From Myxococcales bacterium (lineage in GTDB: Bacteria; Myxococcota; Myxococcia; Myxococcales; 40CM-4-68-19), in the NCBI GenBank assembly GCA_036513415.1, contig DATBZA010000147.1, forward strand, positions 2,452 through 66,451: a DNA stretch of 64,000 nt, given 5' to 3'. The notes under the pieces are model-generated. The model ran no database searches and was not told where the DNA came from. It worked only from the letters and a program-made list of their open reading frames with translations. Position numbers and translations under genes: made by a program. Shown piece after piece: positions 38,263-47,371 of this stretch (its first letter is position 1; each line of letters starts with the position of its first letter).

Positions 38263-39072
38263 GTGAACGCCGACGCGCCCATCGGGGTGTTCGACAGCGG
38301 GGTGGGCGGGCTGACGGTGCTGCGGGCGCTCACGGCGCGCCTGCCCCGGGAGCAGACCATCTATCTGGGCGACACGGCGCGCGTTCCCTACGGGACGCGC
38401 TCCGGCGAGGTGGTGACGCGCTATGCGCTGATGTCGGCGCGGCACCTGGCGCGTCACCGGATCAAGCTGCTGGTCGTCGCGTGCAACACCGTGTCCGCGC
38501 ACAGCCTGCCCGCGCTCGCCGACGCGCTGCCCATCCCCGTCCTGGGCGTGATCGAACCCGGGGCGCGGATCGCCGCGGCGCGGACCCGGGGAGGGGCGAT
38601 CGCCGTGCTCGGTACGCCGGCCACCGTCGCGTCCGGCGCGTACCAATCGGCGCTGCGCAGGCTGGCGCCGCTCGCCCCGGTGATCGCGCGCGCCTGCCCG
38701 CTCTTTGTTCCGCTCGCCGAGGAGGGCTGGACGGACGGGGAAGTGCCGCGCCTGGTGGCGGAGCGCTACCTCGCGGATCTGCGCCGCGCGGGCGTGGACA
38801 CCGCGGTGCTCGGGTGCACGCACTATCCGCTGCTTGCACGGACCATCGCCGAAGTGCTGGGACCGCAGGTCGCGATCATCGACAGCGCCGAAGCAGTGAC
38901 GCAAAGCGTCATAGATCTGCTACGCGCGCATGGCCTGTTGCGCAACAGCCAGGATGATGCGCCGCGTCATCGAACGCTCTGCACCGACGTCCCGAACCGG
39001 TTCCAGGCCGTGGCCGAGCGGTTTCTCGGACGGCCTGTCGGAGAGGTGGAACTGGTCGATCTTGCGCCGTAG
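38263..39072 (+). CDS. murI: glutamate racemase
   Basis: VFDSGVGGLTVL, VVACNT and GCTHYPLL motifs. Confidence 0.96.
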   Translation: MNADAPIGVFDSGVGGLTVLRALTARLPREQTIYLGDTARVPYGTRSGEVVTRYALMSARHLARHRIKLLVVACNTVSAHSLPALADALPIPVLGVIEPGARIAAARTRGGAIAVLGTPATVASGAYQSALRRLAPLAPVIARACPLFVPLAEEGWTDGEVPRLVAERYLADLRRAGVDTAVLGCTHYPLLARTIAEVLGPQVAIIDSAEAVTQSVIDLLRAHGLLRNSQDDAPRHRTLCTDVPNRFQAVAERFLGRPVGEVELVDLAP

Positions 39073-39152
39073 CCGAGGGATTTTCGGCGCCTGCCCGCCG
39101 GTTCTGCAAGCTGGCGGAGGCTCGAGGGTTCTGCTAACTGAGATAGGAGCGA

Positions 39153-39941
39153 ATGGCGACTCCGAAGGCCGCGGCCCCCGTCGTGGGGTTCAACCACAAC
39201 GTCAAATACGGTCCGCGCGTCTACCATGTGCAGACGGAGGATTCGGGCCTCCCGCACGCCCATTACATCACGCACCTGTTCGTTGGCGGAAACATCGTTT
39301 CCAGCATGAAGTCCAGCTACGCCGAGAAGGCTGGCGAGCGCGATCTGGCCCGGGTCGTGCGAGGCCTGATGGAGCACCAGCACAAGGCCATGCTCAGGCG
39401 GCTGGTGGCGGGCGAGTTCGACGAGTTGGCCGAGCGCCTCTCGGCCCCGCACTATGAGCCCGGCGTCCTCGCCGATGGGACCAACACCGCCTCGTACGTG
39501 AACACGGGCGCTGCCGCCGCCCCGGCCAAGGCGAAGAAGGCGCCTGCGATCAAGCCGGTGGCCAGGCCGGCGCCGGCGGCCCCCGCCCCCGCGCCGAAAG
39601 CCGCCCCTCCTGCAGCCCAGCCCGCCGCGCCGATCTGGCATCCCTCCCCTCCGTCCGCCTCCCCTCCGCGCGCGCCCGGAGCACCGCTTCCACAAGTAAC
39701 CCGGCAGCCGGCACAGCCCACCCGGCCGAGCACCCCGCCGAAGATGGCGCCCATGGTGCCTCCCGCCGCCCGTCCCGCCGCGGCGAAGCCGGCCGCCGCG
39801 CCAAGCTTCTTCAGCGAGAGCCCGGTGGAGATGCCCACCGACGACCTGCCCACCCTCTTCGCCGAGGAGCTGATCAGCGAGAAGAGCCTCGACGAGGTGA
39901 TCCTCGCCTTCCTTTCAGCGGACCTCGAGCCGCCCAAATAG
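39153..39941 (+). CDS. hypothetical protein: conserved-looking N-terminal domain plus a Pro/Ala-rich tail
   Basis: 262 aa. The globular N-terminal ~110 aa (VYHVQTEDSGLPHAHYITHLFVGGNIV) is followed by a PAAP-type low-complexity region and an acidic C-terminal peptide. I recognise no family. Confidence 0.6.
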   Translation: MATPKAAAPVVGFNHNVKYGPRVYHVQTEDSGLPHAHYITHLFVGGNIVSSMKSSYAEKAGERDLARVVRGLMEHQHKAMLRRLVAGEFDELAERLSAPHYEPGVLADGTNTASYVNTGAAAAPAKAKKAPAIKPVARPAPAAPAPAPKAAPPAAQPAAPIWHPSPPSASPPRAPGAPLPQVTRQPAQPTRPSTPPKMAPMVPPAARPAAAKPAAAPSFFSESPVEMPTDDLPTLFAEELISEKSLDEVILAFLSADLEPPK

Positions 39942-39948
39942 GCCCCTG

Positions 39949-40422
39949 ATGAGACACCTCGCCGCCGCTCTCGCGCTCGTCTCGCTCTGCGCTTGCGCCG
40001 GTTCGTACTCGAACGGCGGCACGGATCTGCTCCCGCCGGACAGCGGCGGCGGAGCGCTGACGGATGGAGGGCCCCCGGACGGCGGTTCCGACGGCGGCGT
40101 GGACGGCGGGCCGGACGCGGGCTGCGTCCAGCGTTCGCTGAACGGGGTGGGAGCGATCGACAACTGCGCCGGTGCTCCGAACGCGACCGCCTCGGTCTTC
40201 GTCTCGGATCCGGCTCAGGGCTGCACGGTCAGCATCACGCTCGACACCGCCACCACGCCCTGCACCGGCGTCGCCAGCCGTGGCACGCTCGACGCGTTCG
40301 ACGGCGGATGCACGGGCGGCTACGTCTGCACCTCCCCCTCGTTGCCGGGCACCCTCACCTGCAATAACGGATTCAACACCTGCACCGTCCGCATTTGCGA
40401 CGCGGGGGTCTGCGGCCCGTGA
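39949..40422 (+). CDS. Cys-rich putative lipoprotein
   Basis: Lipobox LVSLCAC, a Gly/Asp-rich linker and about 10 further cysteines. Stop overlaps the ftsE start. Confidence 0.6.
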   Translation: MRHLAAALALVSLCACAGSYSNGGTDLLPPDSGGGALTDGGPPDGGSDGGVDGGPDAGCVQRSLNGVGAIDNCAGAPNATASVFVSDPAQGCTVSITLDTATTPCTGVASRGTLDAFDGGCTGGYVCTSPSLPGTLTCNNGFNTCTVRICDAGVCGP

Positions 40423-41078
40423 TCCAGCTCTTCCACGTCAAGAAGGTCTACCCCGGGGATCCGCCGGTCCTGGACGACATCACCCTCCGCGTCCAGAAGG
40501 GCGAGTTCATCTGGCTCACCGGCCCCTCGGGCGCGGGCAAGAGCACGCTCTTGCGGCTCCTCTTCTGCGCCGAAAAGCCGACCAGCGGGAGGATCCTGAT
40601 CGGCGGAAAGAACCTCGGCCGGCTGAGCCAGTCCGGCGTTCCCTACCTGCGCAGGAACCTCGGCATCGTCTTCCAGGACTTCAAGCTGCTCGACAACCGC
40701 ACCGTTTTGGAGAACGTCGGGTACGCCCTGGAGGTGCTGGGCGCCTCGGACGCGGAGATCCGCGAGCGCGCCCGCAAGCGGCTGGAGCAGGTGGGCCTCT
40801 CGCACAAAGCGGCGAGCCTGCCCAGGCGGCTCTCCGGAGGCGAGCAGCAGCGCGTCGCCATTGCCCGGGCGCTCGTCAACGAGCCGACGATCCTGCTCGC
40901 GGACGAGCCCACCGGGAACCTCGACCCGTCCTTGACCGACAGCATCCTCCAGCTCCTCTTCGATGCGAACGCGCGCGGCACCACGGTCATCGTGGCCACC
41001 CACGATCGGGGCCTGCTGCAGCGGTGGCACCGCCGCACCGTGGGGCTGGAGCGCGGGAAGCTGGTGTTCGACGCATGA
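40419..41078 (+). CDS. ftsE: cell division ATP-binding protein FtsE
   Basis: VIQLFHVKKVY, GPSGAGKST, LSGGEQQRV and LLADEPTGNLD motifs. GTG 40419 lies within ORF 40395..41078. Confidence 0.93.
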   Translation: MIQLFHVKKVYPGDPPVLDDITLRVQKGEFIWLTGPSGAGKSTLLRLLFCAEKPTSGRILIGGKNLGRLSQSGVPYLRRNLGIVFQDFKLLDNRTVLENVGYALEVLGASDAEIRERARKRLEQVGLSHKAASLPRRLSGGEQQRVAIARALVNEPTILLADEPTGNLDPSLTDSILQLLFDANARGTTVIVATHDRGLLQRWHRRTVGLERGKLVFDA

Positions 41079-41965
41079 TCGCGCACGTCGTCTGGCGACT
41101 CTCGCGGAGGGCGGCGGTCAACCTCTGGAGGGCGCGGCTGCCCTCGCTGGTGTCGGTGTTCACCATCGGGCTGGCCCTCTTCATCGGCGCTTCGTTCGTG
41201 CTCGGCCTGTTCACGGCCCGGACCCTGCTGACGTCCTGGGGCGCCCAGGACAACATCACCCTGTACCTCGACCCACAAACCACCGAGCCGCAGGCCCTGG
41301 CGCTCTCGCAGCAGCTCCAGGCGCGCGGCGATCTCGAGGTGCACTACATCGATCCCGCGGCGGCGCTGCGGCGGCTGCGGTCCGATCTGGGAGACCTCGC
41401 CAGCGCCCTCGACGGCCTCACCCGCAACCCGCTCCCTCCCTCGCTGGAGATCAAGCCGCGCGTGCCGCTCGCGGTTCCCGCCGTCCGGGTGCTGGCCGCG
41501 GAGCTCGGCCAGCTGGGCGGGGTCCGGGACGTCGAGTACGGGCGGGAGTGGCTCGACAAGCTGGAGGCGCTGGGGCGGGGGCTCCGCGCGTTTGGCGCCG
41601 GCGCGCTTCTGGCGGTGATCGGAGCGGCGCTTCTGGTGGTCGCCAACACCATCCGCCTCGCGGTGTACGCGCGCCGCGACGAGATCGAGATCATGAAGCT
41701 GGTCGGAGCGACCGACCGCTACGTGCGGGCGCCCTTCCTGATGGAAGGAGCGCTGCAGGGATTGCTCGGAGCCGCCATCGCGGTGGGCGCGGTGTTCGCC
41801 GCCCAGCAGTGGCTCCTGCCGCGCGCGACGCAGGCTTTCGTGTACGCCACCGGCATCGGCCCCCCCCACCTCCTGCCGCTCCACGCGGCCGCGCTCCTCG
41901 CCGGAGGCGCGCTGGTGGGCCTGGTGGGGAGCTGGATCGCGGTCGCGCGCTTCCTGAAGACATGA
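41075..41965 (+). CDS. ftsX: cell division permease-like protein FtsX
   Basis: ATG 41075 overlaps the ftsE stop. Four TM helices and a periplasmic loop. EIEIMKLVGATDRYVRAPFLMEG motif. Confidence 0.9.
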   Translation: MIAHVVWRLSRRAAVNLWRARLPSLVSVFTIGLALFIGASFVLGLFTARTLLTSWGAQDNITLYLDPQTTEPQALALSQQLQARGDLEVHYIDPAAALRRLRSDLGDLASALDGLTRNPLPPSLEIKPRVPLAVPAVRVLAAELGQLGGVRDVEYGREWLDKLEALGRGLRAFGAGALLAVIGAALLVVANTIRLAVYARRDEIEIMKLVGATDRYVRAPFLMEGALQGLLGAAIAVGAVFAAQQWLLPRATQAFVYATGIGPPHLLPLHAAALLAGGALVGLVGSWIAVARFLKT

Positions 41966-43122
41966 TCCCGCTTCTCGTCGCCGTCGCCGTTTCGCAGCAG
42001 TTGCCGGAAGTGCGGCAGCGCCTGCAGGAAGAGCGCGCGGCGGCGCACAAGCTGGCGGGCCGCGAGGCGAACGTGCTCGGCCGGCTCGCCGAGCTCGAGC
42101 GGCAGATCGAGGTGGAGTCCCGGGCGCTGCGCGCGGCTGAAGCCCGGCTGCGGGCCGCCACCCAGCGGCTCTCCACCGCCGAGGAAAGCGCGGGCAAGGC
42201 GCAAGCCCAGCTCGAGGTCGCGACGTCGGCCGTGGAGCCGCGCCTGGTCGCGCGCTACCGGTTGGGCCGGGAGGGATACGTCCGCTTCCTGCTGGGGTCG
42301 ACGAGCATCAACGATCTGATGCGCCGGAGCCGCTTCTTCAATACCTTGCTGCAATCGGACTTCGAGGCGCTGGCCGTGCTGCGCGCCCAGGCGCTGGTGG
42401 CGAAGGCCGCGCGCGACGAGGTGGCCGCTGCGCACGCGGAGCAGGACCAGAGCTTCAAGCTGGAGGGCGAGCGCCGCGCCGCGCTCCAACAAACGGTCGA
42501 TCAACAGCGCATCCTCCTCGCCTCGGTGCAACGTGAGAAAGCCATGCACGAGGAGGCGGCCCGGGAGCTGGAAGAGGCCGTGAAGGAGCTCTCGTCCAGG
42601 CTCGCCGAGCTGCGGGGCTCGCGGCGGACCCACGCCGCACCCGACCTGGTCGGGGGCAAGGGGTCCATCCGGAAGCGGCGCGGCAAGCTTGCGTTCCCGG
42701 TGGACCAGGGTCGCGTCGAGGTGCGCTTTGGCCGCGCGATCGATCCGCGCTTCGGGACCGTCACCTTGCAGAACGGAATCGACGTGCGCGCGCCGATGGG
42801 AAGCCCGGTTCGCGCGGTCTGGAACGGCAAGGTGGCGCATGCGGGCTGGTTCAGGGGATTCGGCAACCTCCTCATCGTCGACCACGGCGACGGCATGTTC
42901 TCGTTGATGGCGCACCTCGACCAGCTGCAGAAGGCGCTGGGCGACAGCGTGCGCGCCGGCGAGGAGGTCGGAACGGTGGGCGAGACCGGCTCGCTCAAGG
43001 GTCCATACCTGTATTTCGAGCTGCGGGACGGCCAGACGCCGCTAGATCCCGAGAGGTGGCTCAGGCGCAGCCGCAGGGGCCCGGCCCTGCTCGCGGGTGC
43101 AAAAGGAGGCGCGGCGAAATGA
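41962..43122 (+). CDS. M23 family peptidase / murein hydrolase activator (EnvC-like coiled coil plus LytM domain)
   Basis: Long coiled coil, then GIDVRAPMGSPVRAV...DHGDGMFSLMAHL. ATGA overlap with ftsX. Confidence 0.88.
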   Translation: MIPLLVAVAVSQQLPEVRQRLQEERAAAHKLAGREANVLGRLAELERQIEVESRALRAAEARLRAATQRLSTAEESAGKAQAQLEVATSAVEPRLVARYRLGREGYVRFLLGSTSINDLMRRSRFFNTLLQSDFEALAVLRAQALVAKAARDEVAAAHAEQDQSFKLEGERRAALQQTVDQQRILLASVQREKAMHEEAARELEEAVKELSSRLAELRGSRRTHAAPDLVGGKGSIRKRRGKLAFPVDQGRVEVRFGRAIDPRFGTVTLQNGIDVRAPMGSPVRAVWNGKVAHAGWFRGFGNLLIVDHGDGMFSLMAHLDQLQKALGDSVRAGEEVGTVGETGSLKGPYLYFELRDGQTPLDPERWLRRSRRGPALLAGAKGGAAK

Positions 43123-44429
43123 AGAGGTTTCTCCTGCTCTGCGCGTGCGCCACCCTGGGCGGCTTCCTTGCCGTGCAGGTCGCGCAAGCCGCTCGCGACC
43201 CGGCCGGGCCCTACCGGAAGCTCGACGTCTTCAGCCACGTGCTCTCGCTGATCGAGAACAACTACGTCGAGCCGGTGGACGATACGCGCCTGCTCTACGG
43301 CGCGGTCGACGGCATGGTGCGCACCCTGGACCCGCACTCCAGCTTCATGGATCCGCGATCGTACGCCGCCCTGAAGGAGGAGACGGAGGGGGAGTACGGG
43401 GGAGTCGGCCTGGAGCTGGCGACGCGCGGCGAGGACGTGGTGGTGGTCGCTCCCATCGACGACACTCCCGCTTCGCGCGCCGGTTTCCAGCCGGGCGATC
43501 GATTGGTCGAGATCGACGGCCGCGCGGTGCACGGCTGGCGCGAGCCGGAGGCCGTTCGCGCCCTGACGGGATCGCCGGGCACGAAGGTGACGGTGAAAGC
43601 GCATCGGGCGGGCTGGGCGGAGCCGCGCTCGTTCACCTTGGTCCGCGACGTGATCCGCATCGTCTCCGTCGAGGAGAAGCTCTTCGATCGGAAGCTGGGT
43701 TACGTGAAGGTGAAGAGCTTCCAGGACCGCACCGACGCATATCTGCGCAAGGCCCTCGATTCGATGCGCGACCAGGCCGGCGGGCAGCTCTCCGGGATCG
43801 TGCTCGACCTGCGGCACAACCCGGGAGGCCTGCTCGATCAGGCGGTGAAGGTCGCCGATCGGTTCCTGGACGGCGGCGTGATCGTTACCACCAAGGGCCG
43901 CGGCGGGAAGCACGTCGAGGTGGAGAAGGCCCATCCCAAGGGCACCGAGCCGCGATACCCGATGGTGGTGCTGGTCGACGGCGGCACCGCCAGCGCCAGC
44001 GAGATCGTCGCCGGGGCGCTTCAAGATTCCGGCCGCGCGGTGGTGATCGGGACCCGGACGTTCGGCAAGGGCTCGGTGCAGACCGTGATCGAGCTGGAGG
44101 ACGGCTCCGGGCTCAAGCTGACGGTGGCGCGCTACTACACGCCGTCGGGGCGAAGCATCCAGGAGCGCGGGATCGAGCCCGACCTGTGGGTGAAGGCGAG
44201 CGCGGCCGATGACGATGCGCCGCGCGAGCACAACCTCCCCGGCCATTTCAAGGGCGAGGAGGGCGAATTGATCCCGGCAGCCTCGCTGCAGCCGCCCGCG
44301 CCGCAGCCGCAATCGCCGGACGATCCGAAGAACGATCCGCAGCTCAAGGTGGCGCTCGACACGTTGCGGACCTGGGCGGTCTTCAAGCGCTCCTTGCCGG
44401 CGCCGGCCGTGCGCACGGCGCATCCGTAG
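43119..44429 (+). CDS. S41 family carboxy-terminal processing peptidase
   Basis: AAGGAGG RBS, signal peptide, a PDZ domain (GDRLVEIDG) and the catalytic region LDLRHNPGGLL, ASASEI. Confidence 0.9.
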   Translation: MKRFLLLCACATLGGFLAVQVAQAARDPAGPYRKLDVFSHVLSLIENNYVEPVDDTRLLYGAVDGMVRTLDPHSSFMDPRSYAALKEETEGEYGGVGLELATRGEDVVVVAPIDDTPASRAGFQPGDRLVEIDGRAVHGWREPEAVRALTGSPGTKVTVKAHRAGWAEPRSFTLVRDVIRIVSVEEKLFDRKLGYVKVKSFQDRTDAYLRKALDSMRDQAGGQLSGIVLDLRHNPGGLLDQAVKVADRFLDGGVIVTTKGRGGKHVEVEKAHPKGTEPRYPMVVLVDGGTASASEIVAGALQDSGRAVVIGTRTFGKGSVQTVIELEDGSGLKLTVARYYTPSGRSIQERGIEPDLWVKASAADDDAPREHNLPGHFKGEEGELIPAASLQPPAPQPQSPDDPKNDPQLKVALDTLRTWAVFKRSLPAPAVRTAHP

Positions 44430-44594
44430 GCGCCCCCGGTGGGTCGATGGCCGGGCGGATCCTAATACCAACAGCGCAAGGCAGATGCCACTTCGGCCGG
44501 GCTGTGCACACGTTGTGCGCTTGAGTGGGAGCCGCGCGTCGCTGCCCCCTGGCGCGAGGGGCGTGCCGCAGTGCATCGAAGTCTGGCCGGCCGT

Positions 44595-44623
44595 TTGACA
44601 AGCAACCGGGCGTCACGTACAGT
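44595..44623 (+). promoter_or_regulatory. sigma70-type promoter upstream of the GT2 synthase
   Basis: TTGACA (44595..44600), 17 nt, TACAGT (44618..44623), about 60 bp upstream of ATG 44683. Confidence 0.5.
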
Positions 44624-44682
44624 CCCGCGCCACTCCGGGTCGACACCCCGGTAATTGTTGGAGTTTTCGAGGTGGAAAGTCG

Positions 44683-46194
44683 ATGACCTGGGTGGAGGTG
44701 CTCTTTCTAGCGACCTACTTCCTGGTCCTGCTCGTCCTTTCCATCTATGGCTCCCACCGGTACGTGATGGCGTACCTGTACTACAAGCACAAGGGCAACA
44801 TGCCGGCCCCCAAGGCCAGGTTCGACCGGCTGCCGCGCGTCACCATCCAGCTTCCCATCTTCAACGAGATGTACGTCGTCGAGCGCCTGATCGACGCTGT
44901 CGCCCGCATCGACTACCCCCGCGACAGGCTCGAAATCCAGGTCCTGGACGACTCCACCGACGAGACGCAGGGCATCGCCCGTGCCAAGGTCGCCCGGCTC
45001 CGGGAGCAAGGTGTGGACATTGCCTACCTCCACCGGAACACCCGGGAGGGCTACAAGGCCGGCGCCCTGCAAGAAGGGCTGAAGGTTGCGCGGGGCGAGC
45101 TGGTGGCGGTGTTCGACGCGGACTTCGTGCCCTCCCCGGAGTTCCTGCGGCGCTCGGTCCACTTCTTTACCGACGAGCGGATCGGCATGGTGCAGGTCCG
45201 CTGGGAACACCTGAACCGCGAGTACTCGCACCTGACCCAGGCGCAGGCCATCTTCCTCGACGGGCACTTCGTCATCGAGCACACGGCCCGCAACCGCAGC
45301 GGCCGGTTCTTCAATTTCAACGGGACGGCGGGCGTCTGGCGTCGCGCGACCATCGAGGATGCCGGCGGGTGGCAGCACGACACGCTGACGGAGGACCTGG
45401 ACCTCAGCTATCGCGCGCAGCTCGCGGGCTGGCGGTTCGTCTACTTGCCCGAGGTCGTCTCGCCGGCGGAAGTGCCGGTGGAGATGAACGCTTTCAAGTC
45501 CCAGCAGCACCGCTGGGCGAAGGGCAGCGTCCAGACCGCGCGCAAGCTGCTGCCGCGGATCCTGCGCAGCGATCTCTCCTGGCAAGTGAAGGTGGAGGCC
45601 TTCTTCCACCTCAGCGCGAATTTCACGTACCCGCTGATGATCCTGCTCACCGTGCTGATGCCGGTGAGCATGGTGATCCGCTTCAAGCACGGCTGGTATG
45701 AGGTGCTGCTGCTGGATCTTCCGTTCTTCTGGACCGCGACGGTCAGCGTGGTGCTGTTCTACGTCGCGAGCCAGCGCGAGATCGGCATCGCCTGGTGGAA
45801 ACGGCTGCAGTACCTGCCCTTCATCATGGCGCTCGGGATCGGGATGTGCGTCAACCAGAGCAAGGCCGTGATCGAGGCGCTGGTCGGCTACGAGACCGCG
45901 TTCAACCGCACGCCGAAGACCGGGATGCGGGGCCGCGATCGGAGCTGGCTGAAGAAGAGGTACCGCACGCTGCTCACCGCGCAGCCGCTTCTGGAGCTGG
46001 CCCTGGGGGCCTACCTGACCAGCGCCATCTGGTTCGCGCTGGACAAGGGCGTCTACTTCTCCCTGCCCTTTCTCCTCCTCTTCCAGTGGGGATTCTTCTA
46101 CGTGGGGTTGGTCTCGCTGCTGCAGGGTCCGGTCGGCGCGCTGATGCGCTGGATTCGCGGGCCCGCGGAAGACGCCGCCCCGGCGCTGGAGTAG
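44683..46194 (+). CDS. glycosyltransferase family 2, processive beta-glycan synthase type (CslA/cellulose-synthase-like)
   Basis: N-terminal TM, the motifs VLDDSTD, FDADF, TEDLDLSYR and QQHRWAKG (D, DxD, TED, QxxRW), and C-terminal TM helices. Confidence 0.88.
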   Translation: MTWVEVLFLATYFLVLLVLSIYGSHRYVMAYLYYKHKGNMPAPKARFDRLPRVTIQLPIFNEMYVVERLIDAVARIDYPRDRLEIQVLDDSTDETQGIARAKVARLREQGVDIAYLHRNTREGYKAGALQEGLKVARGELVAVFDADFVPSPEFLRRSVHFFTDERIGMVQVRWEHLNREYSHLTQAQAIFLDGHFVIEHTARNRSGRFFNFNGTAGVWRRATIEDAGGWQHDTLTEDLDLSYRAQLAGWRFVYLPEVVSPAEVPVEMNAFKSQQHRWAKGSVQTARKLLPRILRSDLSWQVKVEAFFHLSANFTYPLMILLTVLMPVSMVIRFKHGWYEVLLLDLPFFWTATVSVVLFYVASQREIGIAWWKRLQYLPFIMALGIGMCVNQSKAVIEALVGYETAFNRTPKTGMRGRDRSWLKKRYRTLLTAQPLLELALGAYLTSAIWFALDKGVYFSLPFLLLFQWGFFYVGLVSLLQGPVGALMRWIRGPAEDAAPALE

Positions 46195-46195
46195 C

Positions 46196-47224
46196 GTGAA
46201 GGCGATGGTGCTGTGCGCGGGCTTTGGCACGCGGCTGCGCCCTCTCACCGACAGGGTCCCCAAGCCGCTGGTGCCACTCTGCGGGGTGCCGCTGCTTCGC
46301 TACAACTTCGCGCTGCTGAAAAACGCCGGCGTCCGCGAGATCGTGATCAACACGCACCATCTGGGCGCGACGATGGCGCGGGGCGCCCAGGCCATCGCCT
46401 CGGAGCTGGAACTCGACCTTCAAGTGTCGCGAGAGGAGAAGCAGATCCTCGGGACAGGCGGAGGCGTGCGCCGGGCGCAGGCCATGCTCGGCGCCGGGAC
46501 GTTCATCCTCATGAACGGCGACATGATCTTCGATCTGGACCTCGCAGCCGCCCTCGCGGCGCACCGGAAGGCGGGGGCGGCGGCCACCATGGTGCTCGCT
46601 CCCTACCCGCGGGGAGCGACCTACGGGGCGGTCGAGGTGGACGCGCAGATGAATGTCCGCCGTGTCGCGGGGCGCGGCACGCAGCCCGATCCGTCGCTGT
46701 CGAAGTTGCACTTCACCGGAGTGCACGTGCTCGAACCGGAGCTGATCGCGCGGCTGCCGGCAGAGGGCGAAAGCGACATCAACCGGACCGCTTACGTGCG
46801 CGCCATCCACGACGGCGCCCGGGTGCACGGTTTCTTGCAGCAGGGGTATTGGGGCGACCTGGGGGCGCCGCGGTCGCTCTTGCGGGCGCACCTGGACGTC
46901 CTGGAGAAGCGCATTCCGCTGCAGCGGTTCCGGCCGGAAGCGGATCCCTTCGACGGCTGCGAGGAGCGCGCTCCCGGAGTCTTCGTGCATCCGACGGCGC
47001 AGGTGGAAGCGCCGCTGGCCGCGCCCGTCCTGATCCAGGCCGGCGCCGTCGTCGCGCCTGGAGCGGTGGTCGGCTCGGGGGTGACGATCGGGGCGAAGGC
47101 GCGCGTCGACGCGGGCGCGCATCTGGAGCGGGCGGTGGTCTGGGAGCGGACGCACGTGGCGGCCGGCGAGCGGCTGGTGGAGCAGATCGCCGCCCCTGGC
47201 GTCCGGCTGGACTGCGCGCCCTAA
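46196..47224 (+). CDS. nucleotidyltransferase family protein (NDP-sugar pyrophosphorylase with a C-terminal left-handed beta-helix)
   Basis: LCAGFGTRLRPLTDRVPKPLVPL motif with hexapeptide-like repeats near the C-terminus. Confidence 0.88.
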   Translation: MKAMVLCAGFGTRLRPLTDRVPKPLVPLCGVPLLRYNFALLKNAGVREIVINTHHLGATMARGAQAIASELELDLQVSREEKQILGTGGGVRRAQAMLGAGTFILMNGDMIFDLDLAAALAAHRKAGAAATMVLAPYPRGATYGAVEVDAQMNVRRVAGRGTQPDPSLSKLHFTGVHVLEPELIARLPAEGESDINRTAYVRAIHDGARVHGFLQQGYWGDLGAPRSLLRAHLDVLEKRIPLQRFRPEADPFDGCEERAPGVFVHPTAQVEAPLAAPVLIQAGAVVAPGAVVGSGVTIGAKARVDAGAHLERAVVWERTHVAAGERLVEQIAAPGVRLDCAP

Positions 47225-47261
47225 GGAGTATGCGACGCTGAGTCGGTGGGCGGATGGAGGA

Positions 47262-47362
47262 GCTTCATTTCAACCGCAGAGCGCCCAGAGCGCGCAGAGA
47301 TCTGGTGTGGTTCGGTACAGAAACCCAAAAAACCTCCGCGCGCTCTGCGGTTGAAATGAAGC
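47262..47362. mobile_element. family-A inverted-repeat element (REP/MITE-like) between convergent genes; likely bidirectional terminator
   Basis: Perfect 23-bp arms GCTTCATTTCAACCGCAGAGCGC (47262..47284) and GCGCTCTGCGGTTGAAATGAAGC (47340..47362). Shares the CAACCGCAGAGC core with 13080..13258. Confidence 0.75.
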
Positions 47363-47371
47363 GCTAGTGGA

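Noticed and set aside
44430-44594. A possible c-di-GMP riboswitch or other leader RNA upstream of the GT2 synthase (string CGCAAGGCAGATGCC...CGGCCGGGC).
   Set aside because: It only loosely resembles the GEMM-I core. It lies upstream of the best promoter (44595..44623) rather than in the 5' UTR, and the actual UTR (~60 nt) is too short for the aptamer.
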